Below, piece after piece: positions 33,292 to 43,882 of a stretch of 64,000 nucleotides of DNA (its first letter is position 1; every line of letters begins with the position of its first letter). This stretch comes from an uncultured delta proteobacterium (GTDB lineage Bacteria > Myxococcota_A > Polyangia > Polyangiales > Polyangiaceae), in the NCBI GenBank assembly GCA_963696385.1, contig CAVOKF010000002.1:64001-128000 (forward strand). Direction: 5' to 3'. Position numbers and translations under genes: made by a program. A model generated the notes under the pieces. It saw only the letters and a program-made list of their open reading frames with translations. It made no database searches and was not told where the DNA came from.

Positions 33292-34226
33292 GCTCGCCCC
33301 CGTCGCGCGCTCAGGGCGCGGGTGATGGTCTTGCGCGCTTGCCGCTCCGGCAGTCCCGCGCGCACCGCCGCACGCAAGAGCGCGCCCGCAAATTCGGCAC
33401 TGCTGATCGGCAGTCGCGCAAGCGAGTCACAGGCTCGGTGGAGAGCAACGTTCCGCATCTCCTTGGACGCGCGGGCGACGCGGTCGCAGTGGCATTCGAG
33501 AGCCACGTCCATGTCCTGGTAGCCCGACGGTGGGGCCCCGAGGGGAGCGGGTGGGTTCATTCGTCTCGCACCGGCTATCGCCAGAATCCGATCGACGTCG
33601 AGCGGCGAGCCCTCTCCAACCAGCACGACGTGCGTTGCGCCGGGCGGAAGGGTCGGCACCGACCAAAGCCGGCAGGGATCCTTCGTGGCGGCGTCGACCT
33701 TCGCGTCGTGTGCGACCACACGCGCGCACCGGTTCCAAACCAGTCCGTGCTCCTCGGGCGTCATCGCCCGCGAGACGATCAGGAGCGCCCGCCAGCAAGG
33801 CGCGTCCGGCCGGCTCGACGCCGTCGAATAGACGATGTGGCGATACCGTTGCAATCGCTCGTGTGCGGTCTGCGGCGTCATCGTGCCCGCGTCATGTTCC
33901 AGAGCGAGTGCCGAGACGCTCTCCACGTGATCGCTGGATCGAATCCCGTCTCGCAACGACGCCAAGACGAATGCGCCGGCGCTTGCCGGATCGGCGGTAA
34001 CGATCGGATGCTCCACCCACCGCACGAGCTCGTGAGACGTCACCTCGAGTCGGATGCCGCGTGGGGGACGGAGCGCGATCCGTTCGGGCCCGAGCAACGT
34101 CATCGCGACCGCGGGCTCGCTCGCGCACGTGCACCCCTGCAGCGAGTGCTCCGGCAGCGTCTCGCTTCCTTCGAGGGCCGCGCGCTCGGCGGCGTCGAAC
34201 GCGCGGCAGGCCGGGCAGCGGCTCAT
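33288..34226 (-). CDS. Primase-like (AEP/PriCT-type) protein
   Basis: LALEHDAG, YSTASS, WRALL..SR, DAATKDPCRLW, RNVAL; coupled to the helicase. Confidence 0.6.
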   Translation of the reverse strand: MSRCPACRAFDAAERAALEGSETLPEHSLQGCTCASEPAVAMTLLGPERIALRPPRGIRLEVTSHELVRWVEHPIVTADPASAGAFVLASLRDGIRSSDHVESVSALALEHDAGTMTPQTAHERLQRYRHIVYSTASSRPDAPCWRALLIVSRAMTPEEHGLVWNRCARVVAHDAKVDAATKDPCRLWSVPTLPPGATHVVLVGEGSPLDVDRILAIAGARRMNPPAPLGAPPSGYQDMDVALECHCDRVARASKEMRNVALHRACDSLARLPISSAEFAGALLRAAVRAGLPERQARKTITRALSARRGRA

Positions 34227-34291
34227 CGACCCCCTCCCTTCGTTGGCTCACGACGTGCAACGCACGCTCGCCGGGCAAGCGCAGCCCGGGC

Positions 34292-34939
34292 GTGCCCGTC
34301 TACCAGGAGTACATGAACCCGATTCTGGACGTGCTGCGTCGAGAGGGACGACCTCTCACGATCGAGCAGCTCGATCGCCACGTCATTACGGAAATGAAGT
34401 TGGCTCCCGACGTCGCGGCAATTCCTCATGACGCCGAGAAGCCCGATCGAAGCGAAGTAGGTTATCGAATCGTGTGGTCCCGGACGTACCTGAAGAAGGC
34501 CGGCCTCCTCGACAATCCGACGCGCGGCCAATGGGGCGCTTCGGAGAAGGGCCGCAGCGCCGGAGCGATCGACGCGTACGAGTTGGCCTCGGAGATCGTG
34601 CAGGCGTCGAAGGCGGCATCTGTCGCAAGGGCAGCCGCCGGTGAGTCGTCGGAGAGCGACGCCGACGGCGAAGGGAAAGAGGACGAGGAGCTCCTCGCGG
34701 CGCGGGTAGGCGACGAGCTCGCGCGCCAGATCCGGTCCACCCACGAGCAGCTCGCCGCGGACGGCCAGCTCCTCTCGGCTGACCAGGCGGCACGCTGTTG
34801 CGGACGCTTCCGTGATCTCTTTGGCCCCGACGTGCTCGGCGGCCTCGACGGCGAGGCGCTGCTCACGAAGATGCATGGGCGCGGTACGAAAGACAGCCTG
34901 GTCTATTGGTTGGAGTTCAAAGACGACGACGAGTTCCCT
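34292..34939 (+). pseudogene. Mrr N-terminal domain protein (McrB-like), truncated by IS
   Basis: YQEYMNPIL...WSRTYLKKAGLLDNPTRGQW; SLVYWLEFKDDDEFP, then the IS end. Confidence 0.7.
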
Positions 34940-36132
34940 TGTGGTGGCCAAATACTCGTTCGGCAGTCACGCAGCCCCTCGAGTAACGGTGGTGGAGCCC
35001 ACCGACGCGCGGAAGCGCGACGACCCGGCCACGGCTCGGCGGTTGGACGGCGCGCGAGAGCGGCGCGTCGCGACCGAGCGACATGTGAGGTCGGTCCTCG
35101 TTATAATAGGCGACATACTGGCGGAGCAGGCGCAGCAGATGCCGCTCCCCAAGCACGATGACGTGATCGAGCAGCTCGCGACGTAACGTGCCGATCCATC
35201 TTTCCGCGTAGCCGTTTTGCCACGGAGAACGCGGCGAAGTGCGCACCTGCCGGACGCCGAGGTTGTCGACCCGTGCGTCGAATGCCGCGCCGAAGATGCA
35301 TCCCGATCTCGGATCAGCCGCGCCGACACGCTCTGGGCGCCGATGGCATTTACGATCTGCTGCGCGGTCCACGCGGCGTACGGGTGCGCCGTCACGTTGA
35401 CGTGCAGCACACGGCGCCGGTCGAGCGAGAGGACGAAAAAGACGTAGAGGACGTTGAACGTGACCGTTGGCACGGTCAGAAAGTCGATCGCAATCGTTGC
35501 CTCGAGATGGTTGCCGAGAAAGGTCTTCCACGTTTGCGACGGGGGACGGCCGGGTCGCGCAGGTGGCTTCGGCATGTACTTCGCGACCGTGTCCTTGTCG
35601 ACGGCATGACCGAGCTTGGCCAGCTCGCTGGCGATTCTCCGGCGGCTCCAAAGCGGATTCTCTCGCGACATCTGCTCGATGAGGCTCACCAGCTCCCGGA
35701 GCCAAGGGCGGCCGACCCACGGGGCGAGACCTCCACGCCCACCACCGAGCGAAGCCCCGCCGATGCCATGCGACCACGGTCGCCGGTTCGACGATCGCGA
35801 GGCACTCCGCCCACCGCGACCACGCACGGGTGACGATGACCCAAAACGCGCGGTCGATCGGCCGGAGCCGCGGTCGAGGAGTTGCCCGACGAAGAATCGC
35901 AAGCTGCTGGCGGAGCACGAGGTTCTCCGCAACGAGGCTCGCACGAGGCCGCAGCGCGGAGCGCAGCGTGCCGATAACGGCTTGCAGGATGGCGAGCATC
36001 GCGGCGAGGTTCGCGCCTGCCGCGGTCCCTGTCACCCGCGAATCGCTGTGGCCGACGCGGTATGCTGGGCGTTGGCCCCGCACGCGCTGCGTCCGAAGGA
36101 ATCCGGAGAAAAATGCATTCTTCGTCACCACA
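34940..36132 (-). mobile_element. rve/integrase-core IS, frameshifted
   Basis: IRs TGTGGTGGCC / TGTGGTGACG; AIDFLTV, SPWQNGYAERWIG. Confidence 0.85.
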
Positions 36133-36137
36133 GGTGC

Positions 36138-37360
36138 GTAAGCGTCCGACGCGCCCCGCTGTGCCGCGGCCGCAACAGAACGCGGCCGTGTTCGGCGACT
36201 TCAGGCCAGTGGTTCATGGGGCGGAGGCCAGGCGCTGCGACGTCGTGCTGGGGTCGCGTCGCGGAGTGGCGCGACCACTCGCGGACACCTGCATCGACGT
36301 GACGAAGCGAGACGCGTTCGGGGATTGCGGGAGTTGCGCTGCGCCCAGTGGTTCAGGGCGCTGGACCGTGGGGCGCCCACCGATCGGGTAGCAGCGCGTC
36401 GAGCTGCTCGTCGGTCGTCGCGTCGCGGACTCGCGCTAGCACGTCGGTGAGCTACTCCGTCGGCTCGACTTCGTTGGCGATGCAGGAGCCGACGAGCGAG
36501 TAGAGCCCCCTCCTTTTCGTGCACCATCGCTGCGCAGATTAAAAGGCTCAGAGTGCGGGCCGATGACGATTTCAGCGACAAAGTGTCCAATGGACACACA
36601 GGGCCCCGACGGGCCTCAGCGCGCCAGAGCCGGAGGCTGCCACAGCGCGGGGCGTTGAACGTGTTGGACGTCGATGCCATCGAGCAACATCGCCAGCTGC
36701 GTCGCGTCGAGCATCGCCGTCCGCGTGCCGGGCTGCATCGCAGGGATCCGAAATCGATTTCTCTCCAGACGCTTGTAGACCAATAGAAATCCCCCGCGGT
36801 GCCACACCAAAATCTTCACCCGGTCTCGTCGTTTGCCAACGAACGCGAACAGGTCCCCGCTGAAGGGATTCAAGTCCCAGCTCTTCACGATCGCGAACAG
36901 ACTGTCGTGGCCTGCACGCATGTCGACCGGTTGCGACGCGAGGTACACGCGAACGTGAGGCGAGAAACCGAACACCGTCACGGACCCGCGATCGCACGAA
37001 CCGGCGCCGCGATGTATCCGACGTCCATTCCCGGCTCGCAGCGGATCGTCGCCGCGCCGACCACGACCTCCACTAGTCCGCGGCCGGACCGACCCGCCTC
37101 GACGGTGATCTCGATCGGCTCGATCGCCGACGCACCGTGCTCCGCACGGTTATCACGAGCCAACTGGCTCGACCACGACCGAAGCGAGAACACCGAAAGC
37201 CCTTCATTCTCTGCGAATTGCCGCGCCGTGAGTCCGCTACGCCGCCAACGCGCTCAACTCGGCTTGACCACCAGACTCGCGACCGACGCTCGCGTCCCAT
37301 GCCCCCGATCGCACGGCGCTTTTTGCCCTAAATCAAGTGCGGGCCCGCCCGGACGGTTAC
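36138..37360 (-). mobile_element. Internally deleted IS66 (tnpA, tnpB 36616..36981, tnpC remnant)
   Basis: Ends GTAAGCGTCCG / GTAACCGTCCG; flanks acaggtgc / ccaggtgc (7/8 TSD); TnpB PVDMR..KRLE. Confidence 0.85.
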
Positions 37361-37490
37361 CCAGGTGCGGACTTCCAGGCTGACGCTCAACGTCGCCGCC
37401 AGCGCAACGGCTCGTGGTCGGAAGCTCTCCGCGCTCCAGCGCGGGACACGACGAATCAGGTCTCAAACCTGCCGCGCAGCGGCTTCGTCC

Positions 37491-37537
37491 AAGATCCCTT
37501 TGGGGCGTCCGTTGTTACTCAGCGGCGACCGATTTGG
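37491..37537 (+). repeat. oriIS/dif-like repeat, copy 7 (right half only)
   Basis: AA-gatccc-TTTGGGGCGTCCGTTG..GATTTGG; homology begins at the spacer. Confidence 0.75.
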
Positions 37538-37555
37538 CGCCACGCGTGGCCCTCA

Positions 37556-38243
37556 TCATCGTCCGTAGCGCATACAGCACATTTGCTCGGGTCGAGTGCA
37601 TGGAAACCCTGTCGGTTCGCCTGCGCCGTTGCAGCCTCCTCCGGCATCGACGCATATGCCGCCAGCGAAATCGCAATCCTGGGCCGCCGCATCAATGTCA
37701 CTTGAATCCGACGTGCCTGCCTCTACCCGACAACTACATCCGCAGACCCCGCAGTCGGCCTCGCTTGCTTCAACCGTGTCTGACAAGGAGTCGCCGTCGC
37801 TTGTCGCTGCTCCTTCGAAGGAAGCTGCTGAATCCAGAGACGCGAGGGCAGATGCCGTAGACGCATCGCTCCCCGCAATTGGATGACCAGCGACTCTTGC
37901 CGCGTCGCCTCCGCAGGAAGCCATCGACATAATGAACAGCGCGAGCGCGAACCAAAATTTCTTACCGATCGGATGACAGGGAGCCGCCCCGTCACGTGCC
38001 AGTTCTCCTCGACCGGCGATTGAAATTGGGACGGTGCCCGCCGCCGGACCATCGAGCGCCTCGGTGGCCGCTCCCAGACCGATGCCGCCTATGCGCACCG
38101 TGGAGGTCGTTGCCGCGCGGTCGATCGGGGCTCCGCAGAAGGGGCACCTCATTTCATCGCAAAAGAGATGACGTCGCAAAAGAGATGACGTCGCAAAAGA
38201 GATGACGCCTACACGCCCCACAGACGACAAGAGACCTAATCAC
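37556..38243 (-). pseudogene. CxxCxRH..CPFC membrane/secreted protein, frameshifted by a 17-bp triplication
   Basis: With one repeat unit the start reads VIRSLVVCGACRRHLFCDEMRCPFCG. Confidence 0.6.
38157..38207. repeat. 17-bp perfect tandem repeat x3
   Basis: TCGCAAAAGAGATGACG x3. Confidence 0.95.
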
Positions 38244-39221
38244 CGGCTATCGCTACAAATTGTAGCTTACTCGCATCGACATGTCACGAGGCGGACGGCT
38301 CATTCTTCGCGGGGCCGCCGCCGCTCGACCCGGCCACGGCGTGTGCGCTGTCCGCCTGCCCGCGCCCGACACGGGGATGGTCACCGGCCCCCAACTCGCC
38401 GAAGTTTCTCCTGGAGACACGAGTGCCTCCCCAGTTACTGGGCCGTCCCCTTCGCTTGTGCCGTGGTCATCCAGCGCGCCGTGTGCGCCGCCTCACTCGC
38501 GGCATCCGGATCGACGCCGCCGAGCGTTCAGGGTTGCCCATCCCGTGACACCCGGAATCATGAATACTTCGCGGCTGCTTCCCCACGGCCAAAACGCTCG
38601 GGTGCGTACGCATCAGCGACGCCGTGGCCGCGTCCGCTGCAAGGCGCGCTACCGACCTGGCTGGGCTCGGCCATGATCGGGCCGGATTCGCACCCGCAGG
38701 ACGACCTCTCGCAATTTCTCGAGGTCATCTCTCGCTCCTTCCTTCCTGACCAGGGAGGCCGGGTCGCAACTGACAAGTCGCCGACTTATTCGGCAGATCG
38801 CAGCCTTCCGTTTCGCCCTCTGGTTTGCCGTAACGCCTATGCCCACCTGGCGTTATGGGGTGAACGTCGCATAGAACGATTGATTTGGGAGCGACCCGTA
38901 TGGAGCGTAGGCAGTCCAACCGCAAGACGGGGCATTGGGCGGGAATCGGGGCGAACCTCCAAAGTTAAATGTGGTCCACGATCCGGTGAATGGCTTGAAG
39001 CTACTCCAGTCCGGAGTGGGAGTGTCGAAGGTCTCCAATCCTAATTCGAGTTCACCGGTACTGGTCAGGTTCTGACAAGACGGCCACTGCCACCCGATTT
39101 GGCGATGGACCACCCCCCGACTCCATCGAAGTGCCTGGCCAAAAGAAGCCTTTTTCCCATCGGCGATGATGGCCGCGGTCGGCGCGGCAGTCGCAGCAAC
39201 GCGACACGGCGGCGGGCGCAC

Positions 39222-39534
39222 TGTCCTTCGACGAGCGCTTCGCCATGATCGTCGACGCCGCGTACCTGGCACGCGACAATCGACGCCTCGCGCGCTTGCT
39301 CAAGGACGCCGGTCTGCGAATTTCCGGAGCGTGCTTGGAGGACGTCGACGCCTCCGCTGCACGCGGCGCCGATCGCGGCATGCTCCGAGAGCTCGCGACC
39401 TGCTCATGGGTCGGCGACGTGCTGGTCACCGGCCCAACGGGCGTAGGCAAGAGTTACTTGGCGTCGGCGCTCGGTCACGTGGCCGCCGTCGAGGCATGCG
39501 CGTGCTCTACCGCCGCGTGCCGAGGCTCTTCGAC
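39222..39534 (+). pseudogene. istB: IS21 IstB ATPase fragment
   Basis: SFDERFAMIVD...GPTGVGKSYLASALG...YRRVPRLFDE, cut by repeat copy 8. Confidence 0.75.
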
Positions 39535-39658
39535 GAGCGAGTAGTAAGCCCAAAGTGCGTCGGTCGACGAAGAGCCGCGAAAGAGGGCGCGGAAACATAT
39601 CGCGTCTTAATCGCGTCTTAGGGGCGTTCGTTATCGCTGAATCGGCGAACCGATTTGG
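39535..39658 (+). repeat. oriIS/dif-like repeat, copy 8 (11-bp duplication in core)
   Basis: Full consensus with ATCGCGTCTTA x2. Confidence 0.9.
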
Positions 39659-39666
39659 TACGTCAA

Positions 39667-39798
39667 TAAGCCGTTTCGCATACACGCCGACTTCGGCGCG
39701 TGTACCGTAGAGAATCCCCGATGCCTTTGACTACCCAATTCGTGCACTATGCACGTAAGTGATCGACATCACTCGAGAAATAAAGAATCCTACCTATG
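39667..39798 (-). mobile_element. IS4 left-end remnant
   Basis: Matches 800..836 plus 891..980 with an internal deletion. Confidence 0.8.
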
Positions 39799-39871
39799 AA
39801 GACGCGATATGTTTCCGCGCCCTCTTCCGCGGCTCTTCGTTGACCGATACCCTTTCGACTGGCTACTCGCC
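39799..39871 (-). repeat. oriIS/dif-like repeat, copy 9 (cut in core by IS4 end)
   Basis: Minus strand GGCGAGTAG..CGGAAACATATCGCGTCTT | CATAGG. Confidence 0.85.
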
Positions 39872-39902
39872 TACGGACCACCGCGCCTCTCGCCGACTCG
39901 GC

Positions 39903-39957
39903 ACCGCGGCGGTTTCCCGGTCTCTTCGTCGACCGACGCTTTGCATTGGCACTCGCC
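39903..39957 (-). repeat. oriIS/dif-like repeat, copy 10 (left half)
   Basis: Minus strand GGCGAGTG..CAAAGCGTCGGTCGACGAAGAGACCGGGAAACCGCCGCGG. Confidence 0.75.
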
Positions 39958-39984
39958 GAGCGCGCCGTGCGTAGCACTGACGTG

Positions 39985-40143
39985 ATGGCGGTCACGGGTC
40001 GGTCTGCACCCCGTGTGTACCCCTGTCAGTGCTTCGCCGACACCCTCACGGGCGGCAGCGCATGACTCGGGGCCGTTGTGGCTCGCTATTCCTCAACGTT
40101 GGACTTTTCATTCCTTTCTCCATGTCGGTTTATCCCGGCGCAC
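39985..40143 (-). mobile_element. Group II intron 5' fragment
   Basis: GTGCGCCGGGATAAACCG..GCGAGCCAC..GGCCCCGAGTCATGCG domain I start. Confidence 0.65.
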
Positions 40144-40390
40144 TAACCGTCCGGCCGGGGCCGTACTTGATTTAGGCGCAGAAAGCGCCGTGCGATCGGG
40201 CGCATGGGACGCGAGCGTCGGTCGCGAGTCTGGTGGTCAAGCCGAGTGGCGCGTTGGCGGCGCGGCAATTCGCAGAGAATGAAGGGCTTTCGGTGTTCTC
40301 GCTTCGGTGGTGGTCGAGCCAGTTGGCTCGTGATAACCGTGCGGAGCACGGTACGTCGGCGATCGAGCCGATCGAGATCACCGTCGAGGG
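40144..40390 (+). mobile_element. IS66 left end plus tnpA fragment
   Basis: Inverted homolog of ~37095..37359. Confidence 0.8.
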
Positions 40391-40396
40391 GCGTTA

Positions 40397-40506
40397 GGCG
40401 AGTAGTAAGCCCAAAGTGCGTCGGTCGACGAAGAGCCGCGGAAGCGGGCGCGGAAAAATATCGCGTCTTAGGGGCTTCCGTTGTCACCGAGCGGCGAAAG
40501 ATTTGG
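40397..40506 (+). repeat. oriIS/dif-like repeat, copy 11
   Basis: Full consensus; core CGGAAAAATAT-cgcgtc-TTAGGGGCTTC. Confidence 0.9.
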
Positions 40507-40737
40507 CTCATCGAAGTCGTGGACACCTTGCGGGGGGCGCAGTGCAGCTTTCGGAACTCGCACCCCGCCTCCGGCGAGGGGGGTAACTGCCCACGAACGA
40601 TCGGAGCCTCCGATGGAAGCCTGGCGGGATGACGCGCCTAACGCGCCCGTGCTTGATCTACCGAACGGACCTCACGGGCGAGCGTGTCGGGGCAGCGTCA
40701 CGGTCGCATGTGCTACGAATAAACGAGATCCCTCGCC

Positions 40738-41376
40738 ATGGCCCAGCCCCACGACGCGTCCGTTGTGACTCCGGCGGAGTACCTCGCCTTCGAGAGGAAC
40801 TCGGAGCGTAAACACGAGTACCTCGCTGGACGCATCTTCGCCATGGCCGGGGCGAGCCCCAAGCACAACCTCGTCTGTGGAAACATCATTCGAGCGCTGG
40901 GCGAGCGCCTGCGCGCTCGCCGTTGCGCCGTCCTGCCCAGCGACCAGCACGTCTACATCGAGGCGACCGGTCTCGGGACGTATCCTGATGTCACGGTTCT
41001 GTGCGGCCCTGGTCGGCGCCACGAGGACTTCCCGCAAAGCCTGGTCAACCCTTTGATTTTGGTCGAGGTGCTCTCTGCCTCAACCGAGGCATACGATCGC
41101 GGTGCCAAGTTCGACCACTACCGTCGAATCGAGACGTTGCGAGAGTATGTCCTCGTCTCGACGGATCGTCTTGCGGTGGATCACTACCTGCGGGAAACGG
41201 ACGGCACGTGGCGTCTCGCCGTCTCGCGTGGCCTCGACGCGCAGCTACGCTTGCCGTCTGTCGACGCGACCGTGCCGCTGAGCGAGATCTACGAAAACAT
41301 CGACCTGGTCGCGCCCGAGGGGATCGAAGAACAGTCCCCGTACCCGCCAGAGGTGAAGGTGCCGAAGCGCTCCTGA
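40738..41376 (+). CDS. Uma2-family endonuclease
   Basis: EYLAFE..KHEY..MAGAS..H, YPDVTV, VEVLSASTEAYDRG.KF..YR. Confidence 0.9.
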   Translation: MAQPHDASVVTPAEYLAFERNSERKHEYLAGRIFAMAGASPKHNLVCGNIIRALGERLRARRCAVLPSDQHVYIEATGLGTYPDVTVLCGPGRRHEDFPQSLVNPLILVEVLSASTEAYDRGAKFDHYRRIETLREYVLVSTDRLAVDHYLRETDGTWRLAVSRGLDAQLRLPSVDATVPLSEIYENIDLVAPEGIEEQSPYPPEVKVPKRS

Positions 41377-41400
41377 GGATCGGAACTCATTCGCCTGGAA

Positions 41401-41432
41401 TGCTGTCCATCATGCTGTCCACTTTGCTGTCC
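41401..41432 (+). repeat. TGCTGTCC x3 at 12-bp period (integrase arm-type sites?)
   Basis: Positions 41401, 41413 and 41425, about 130 bp from the tRNA fragment. Confidence 0.5.
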
Positions 41433-41561
41433 CTCACGGCACCCTCGCGCGTAACGAGCTGGACGTGCGCGAGACGCCTCCGGGCCGTCTTTCTCGATAT
41501 TTCAGTTCAAATGCAGTTTGCAGGAAACGCTCTGTAACACGTTGAAACCACGTAACAATCG

Positions 41562-41606
41562 CCTTGCCAAGGTGGACGTCGATGGTTCAAATCCCTTCTC
41601 CCGCTC
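41562..41606 (+). other. tRNA-Gly(GCC) 3' half; att-site remnant
   Basis: CCTTGCCAAGG anticodon arm, GGTTCAAATCC T-arm, TCCCGCT acceptor strand; no 5' half. Confidence 0.75.
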
Positions 41607-42575
41607 GAAAAAACAAGGGTTTCTGGAAGGGCCGACGACCCTGGAAGACCCCTGAGAATTAGCCCTGCTTGTGTGTTTTCTTGTGTGTGCGCGACGAGCG
41701 CGAGCAGCGCAGAGCACGCCGGGCTCAAGCGGCTTGCCGCCGGTTGCGTTGCCCCCCACGACTGGCGCCGTCGTCCCGCTGCTACGCCGGCCTAGCCGGG
41801 GGGGGCACGTGCGCCCGATCCGCGAGCGCGATGCGCTTGTCAAAGGAATCGGCGGCGGTCCGATTTCCCACCTGCTCTTCACCGCACGACAGATTGGAAC
41901 GGGCAACACGACAGGTTCATTCGTGCGATCCGACTCACGGTGAACGCACTGACGCGTTGCGGCAATCACTTCTCGGCGTGCCCTTCTGTTGGGGGTCTTC
42001 GCGCGCGAGTCTGTACCGCGGCAAGTGCCGTGTGAGAATAGCGACTCGCGCTCGTGGAGCTCCCCAGGTCTCCTCACCGCGATTCTTTTCGGCGCGCCCC
42101 CAGGGATCCGTCGATATCGAACGGCGAGTGCTCAACGAGAAGCTCCGCGAACGTGTCGAAGTGGTCGTCAGATAAGGGGTCAGCGAGCGTGGGCTCTTGG
42201 GCCGGCATGGACACACTGTGCCCGCCAGCACACGAGAAACTCACCGGGACGAGCTCGCGGATCCGCGGCACGATGATCGGCAGAACCTCCTTCATCATCG
42301 GGTCGTCGTCTTTCGAGCTCGAAGACGGCTGAGGTCCCGGGTCCGATGATCGCGCCAGCTTCTTTGGGGCGCCGCTCTGGTGTGTCGCTCGCACCGGGAC
42401 GCTTCCGGGGCCGCGCTCAGTCACGCCGGCGCGGCCCTTCGCGACTCCCGCCACCAGGCTGTCACAATCTTTGCGCTCTCGTACACCGGGCCGTGCGGGG
42501 GCCCGGCTTGCCAGTGAAGTCGCTCGCCGTCGCCCCAGAGGACGCGCGCTCTCGGGTACCACTCACGTTGACAGC

Positions 42576-42687
42576 GGCGAGTAGTAAGCCCAAAGTGCGT
42601 CGGTCGACGAAGAGCCGCGGAAGAGGGCGCGGAAACATATCCCGTCTTAGGGGCGTTCGTTATCGCTGAATCGGCGAACCGATTTGG
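42576..42687 (+). repeat. oriIS/dif-like repeat, copy 12
   Basis: Full consensus; core CGGAAACATAT-cccgtc-TTAGGGGCGTT. Confidence 0.9.
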
Positions 42688-42793
42688 TTCTCGAGCGCAA
42701 CCCGCAATCGTCGACCCGAGTGTTCCGGGACGGCGTCCACCAAATTGAGGATTTCGCAGTCTTTCAATACGTGGAGATCTACAGTCCGCTCGC

Positions 42794-42840
42794 GGCGAGT
42801 AGGCCGTTCAAAGCCTGCCGGTCGACCGAACGAGCCGCGC
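42794..42840 (+). repeat. oriIS/dif-like repeat, copy 13 (degenerate left part)
   Basis: GGCGAGTAGGCCGTTCAAAGCCTGCCGGTCGAC. Confidence 0.7.
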
Positions 42841-43127
42841 CCAAGGCGCTGCCCCAGGCCAACGGAGGGTGATCGTCCGCCATGCTTCGGAGCCTCGATC
42901 TGCGTGCCGAATTGGCCGAGCACGCCTGCCTCCCACGCTCAACGCCCTTGCCTCACGTCGATGGCCGATGGCTTACGCATCACTGCCCATGAACGCCATC
43001 GCCGACGCTACGATCGCCCTGCGATGGGACCGACAAGCGCATCCGGCGTGCGAAGAAGACGCTCGCATCGAGTGGGCGGCTCTTCGAACTCCACGACGAC
43101 GCCGAGCTCCAAAAGCGCCTGCCTGCG

Positions 43128-43817
43128 GTGCAGCGGGCGCTCTATCTCTTGTTCAACGAGGGATACCACGGCGCTTCGCCCGAGGTGTCCGTGCGCGTCA
43201 GCCTGTGCCGCGAGGCGCTGCACCTCGCCCGGATGCTCCTCGAGCATCCCGTGTGCACCATCCCCAGCACGCGCGCTCTCGTTGCCGTGATGTGCCTGCA
43301 CGCAGCGCGGATGCCCGCGCGGCTCGACTCCGCAGGCGACCTCGTCCCCCTCCGGCAACAGGACCGTACCCGCTGGGACACCGCTCTTACAGCCGAGGGG
43401 ATCACCTTCCTCGACGCATCGGCGACCGGCGCCACCCTCAGCGAGTATCACATCGAGGCGGCCGTCGCGGCCGTGCATGCGAACGCGAAGACTGCGGACG
43501 AGACCGCGTGGGCCGAGGTCGTCGGGCTCTACGACATGCTCATGGCGCTGCGTCCATCGCCCGTCGCGCTCAGCCGGGCAATCGCGATTGGGGAGAGAGA
43601 GGGGCCCGAGGCAGGCCTGCTCGCCGTGCGTGCCATCGAGCACGACGGCCGGCTCACGCGAAACCCCTTTTACGAAGCCGCCCTTGGCGACCTGGAGCTG
43701 CGGGCGGGGCGAATGGAAGCGGCGAGGAAGCACCTGAGGGCTGCGCTCGAGAGGGCGCGAAATCCGATGGAGCGGCGGTTCTTCGAGGGACGGTTGCGCG
43801 CGCTCGTCCCGCGTTGA
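43128..43817 (+). pseudogene. ECF sigma factor C-terminal extension (DUF6596/TPR), 5'-truncated
   Basis: LYLLFNEGY, LCREA, QDRTRWD, YHIEAAVAAVHA. Confidence 0.75.
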
Positions 43818-43882
43818 CCGACCCGCCTACTTGCGCGGGACGACTGCGACCCACGTCGACGCCCGCCTTAGCGGACTCCCCC

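Noticed and set aside
41562..41606. Functional tRNA-Gly
   Set aside because: The 5' acceptor strand and D-arm are absent.
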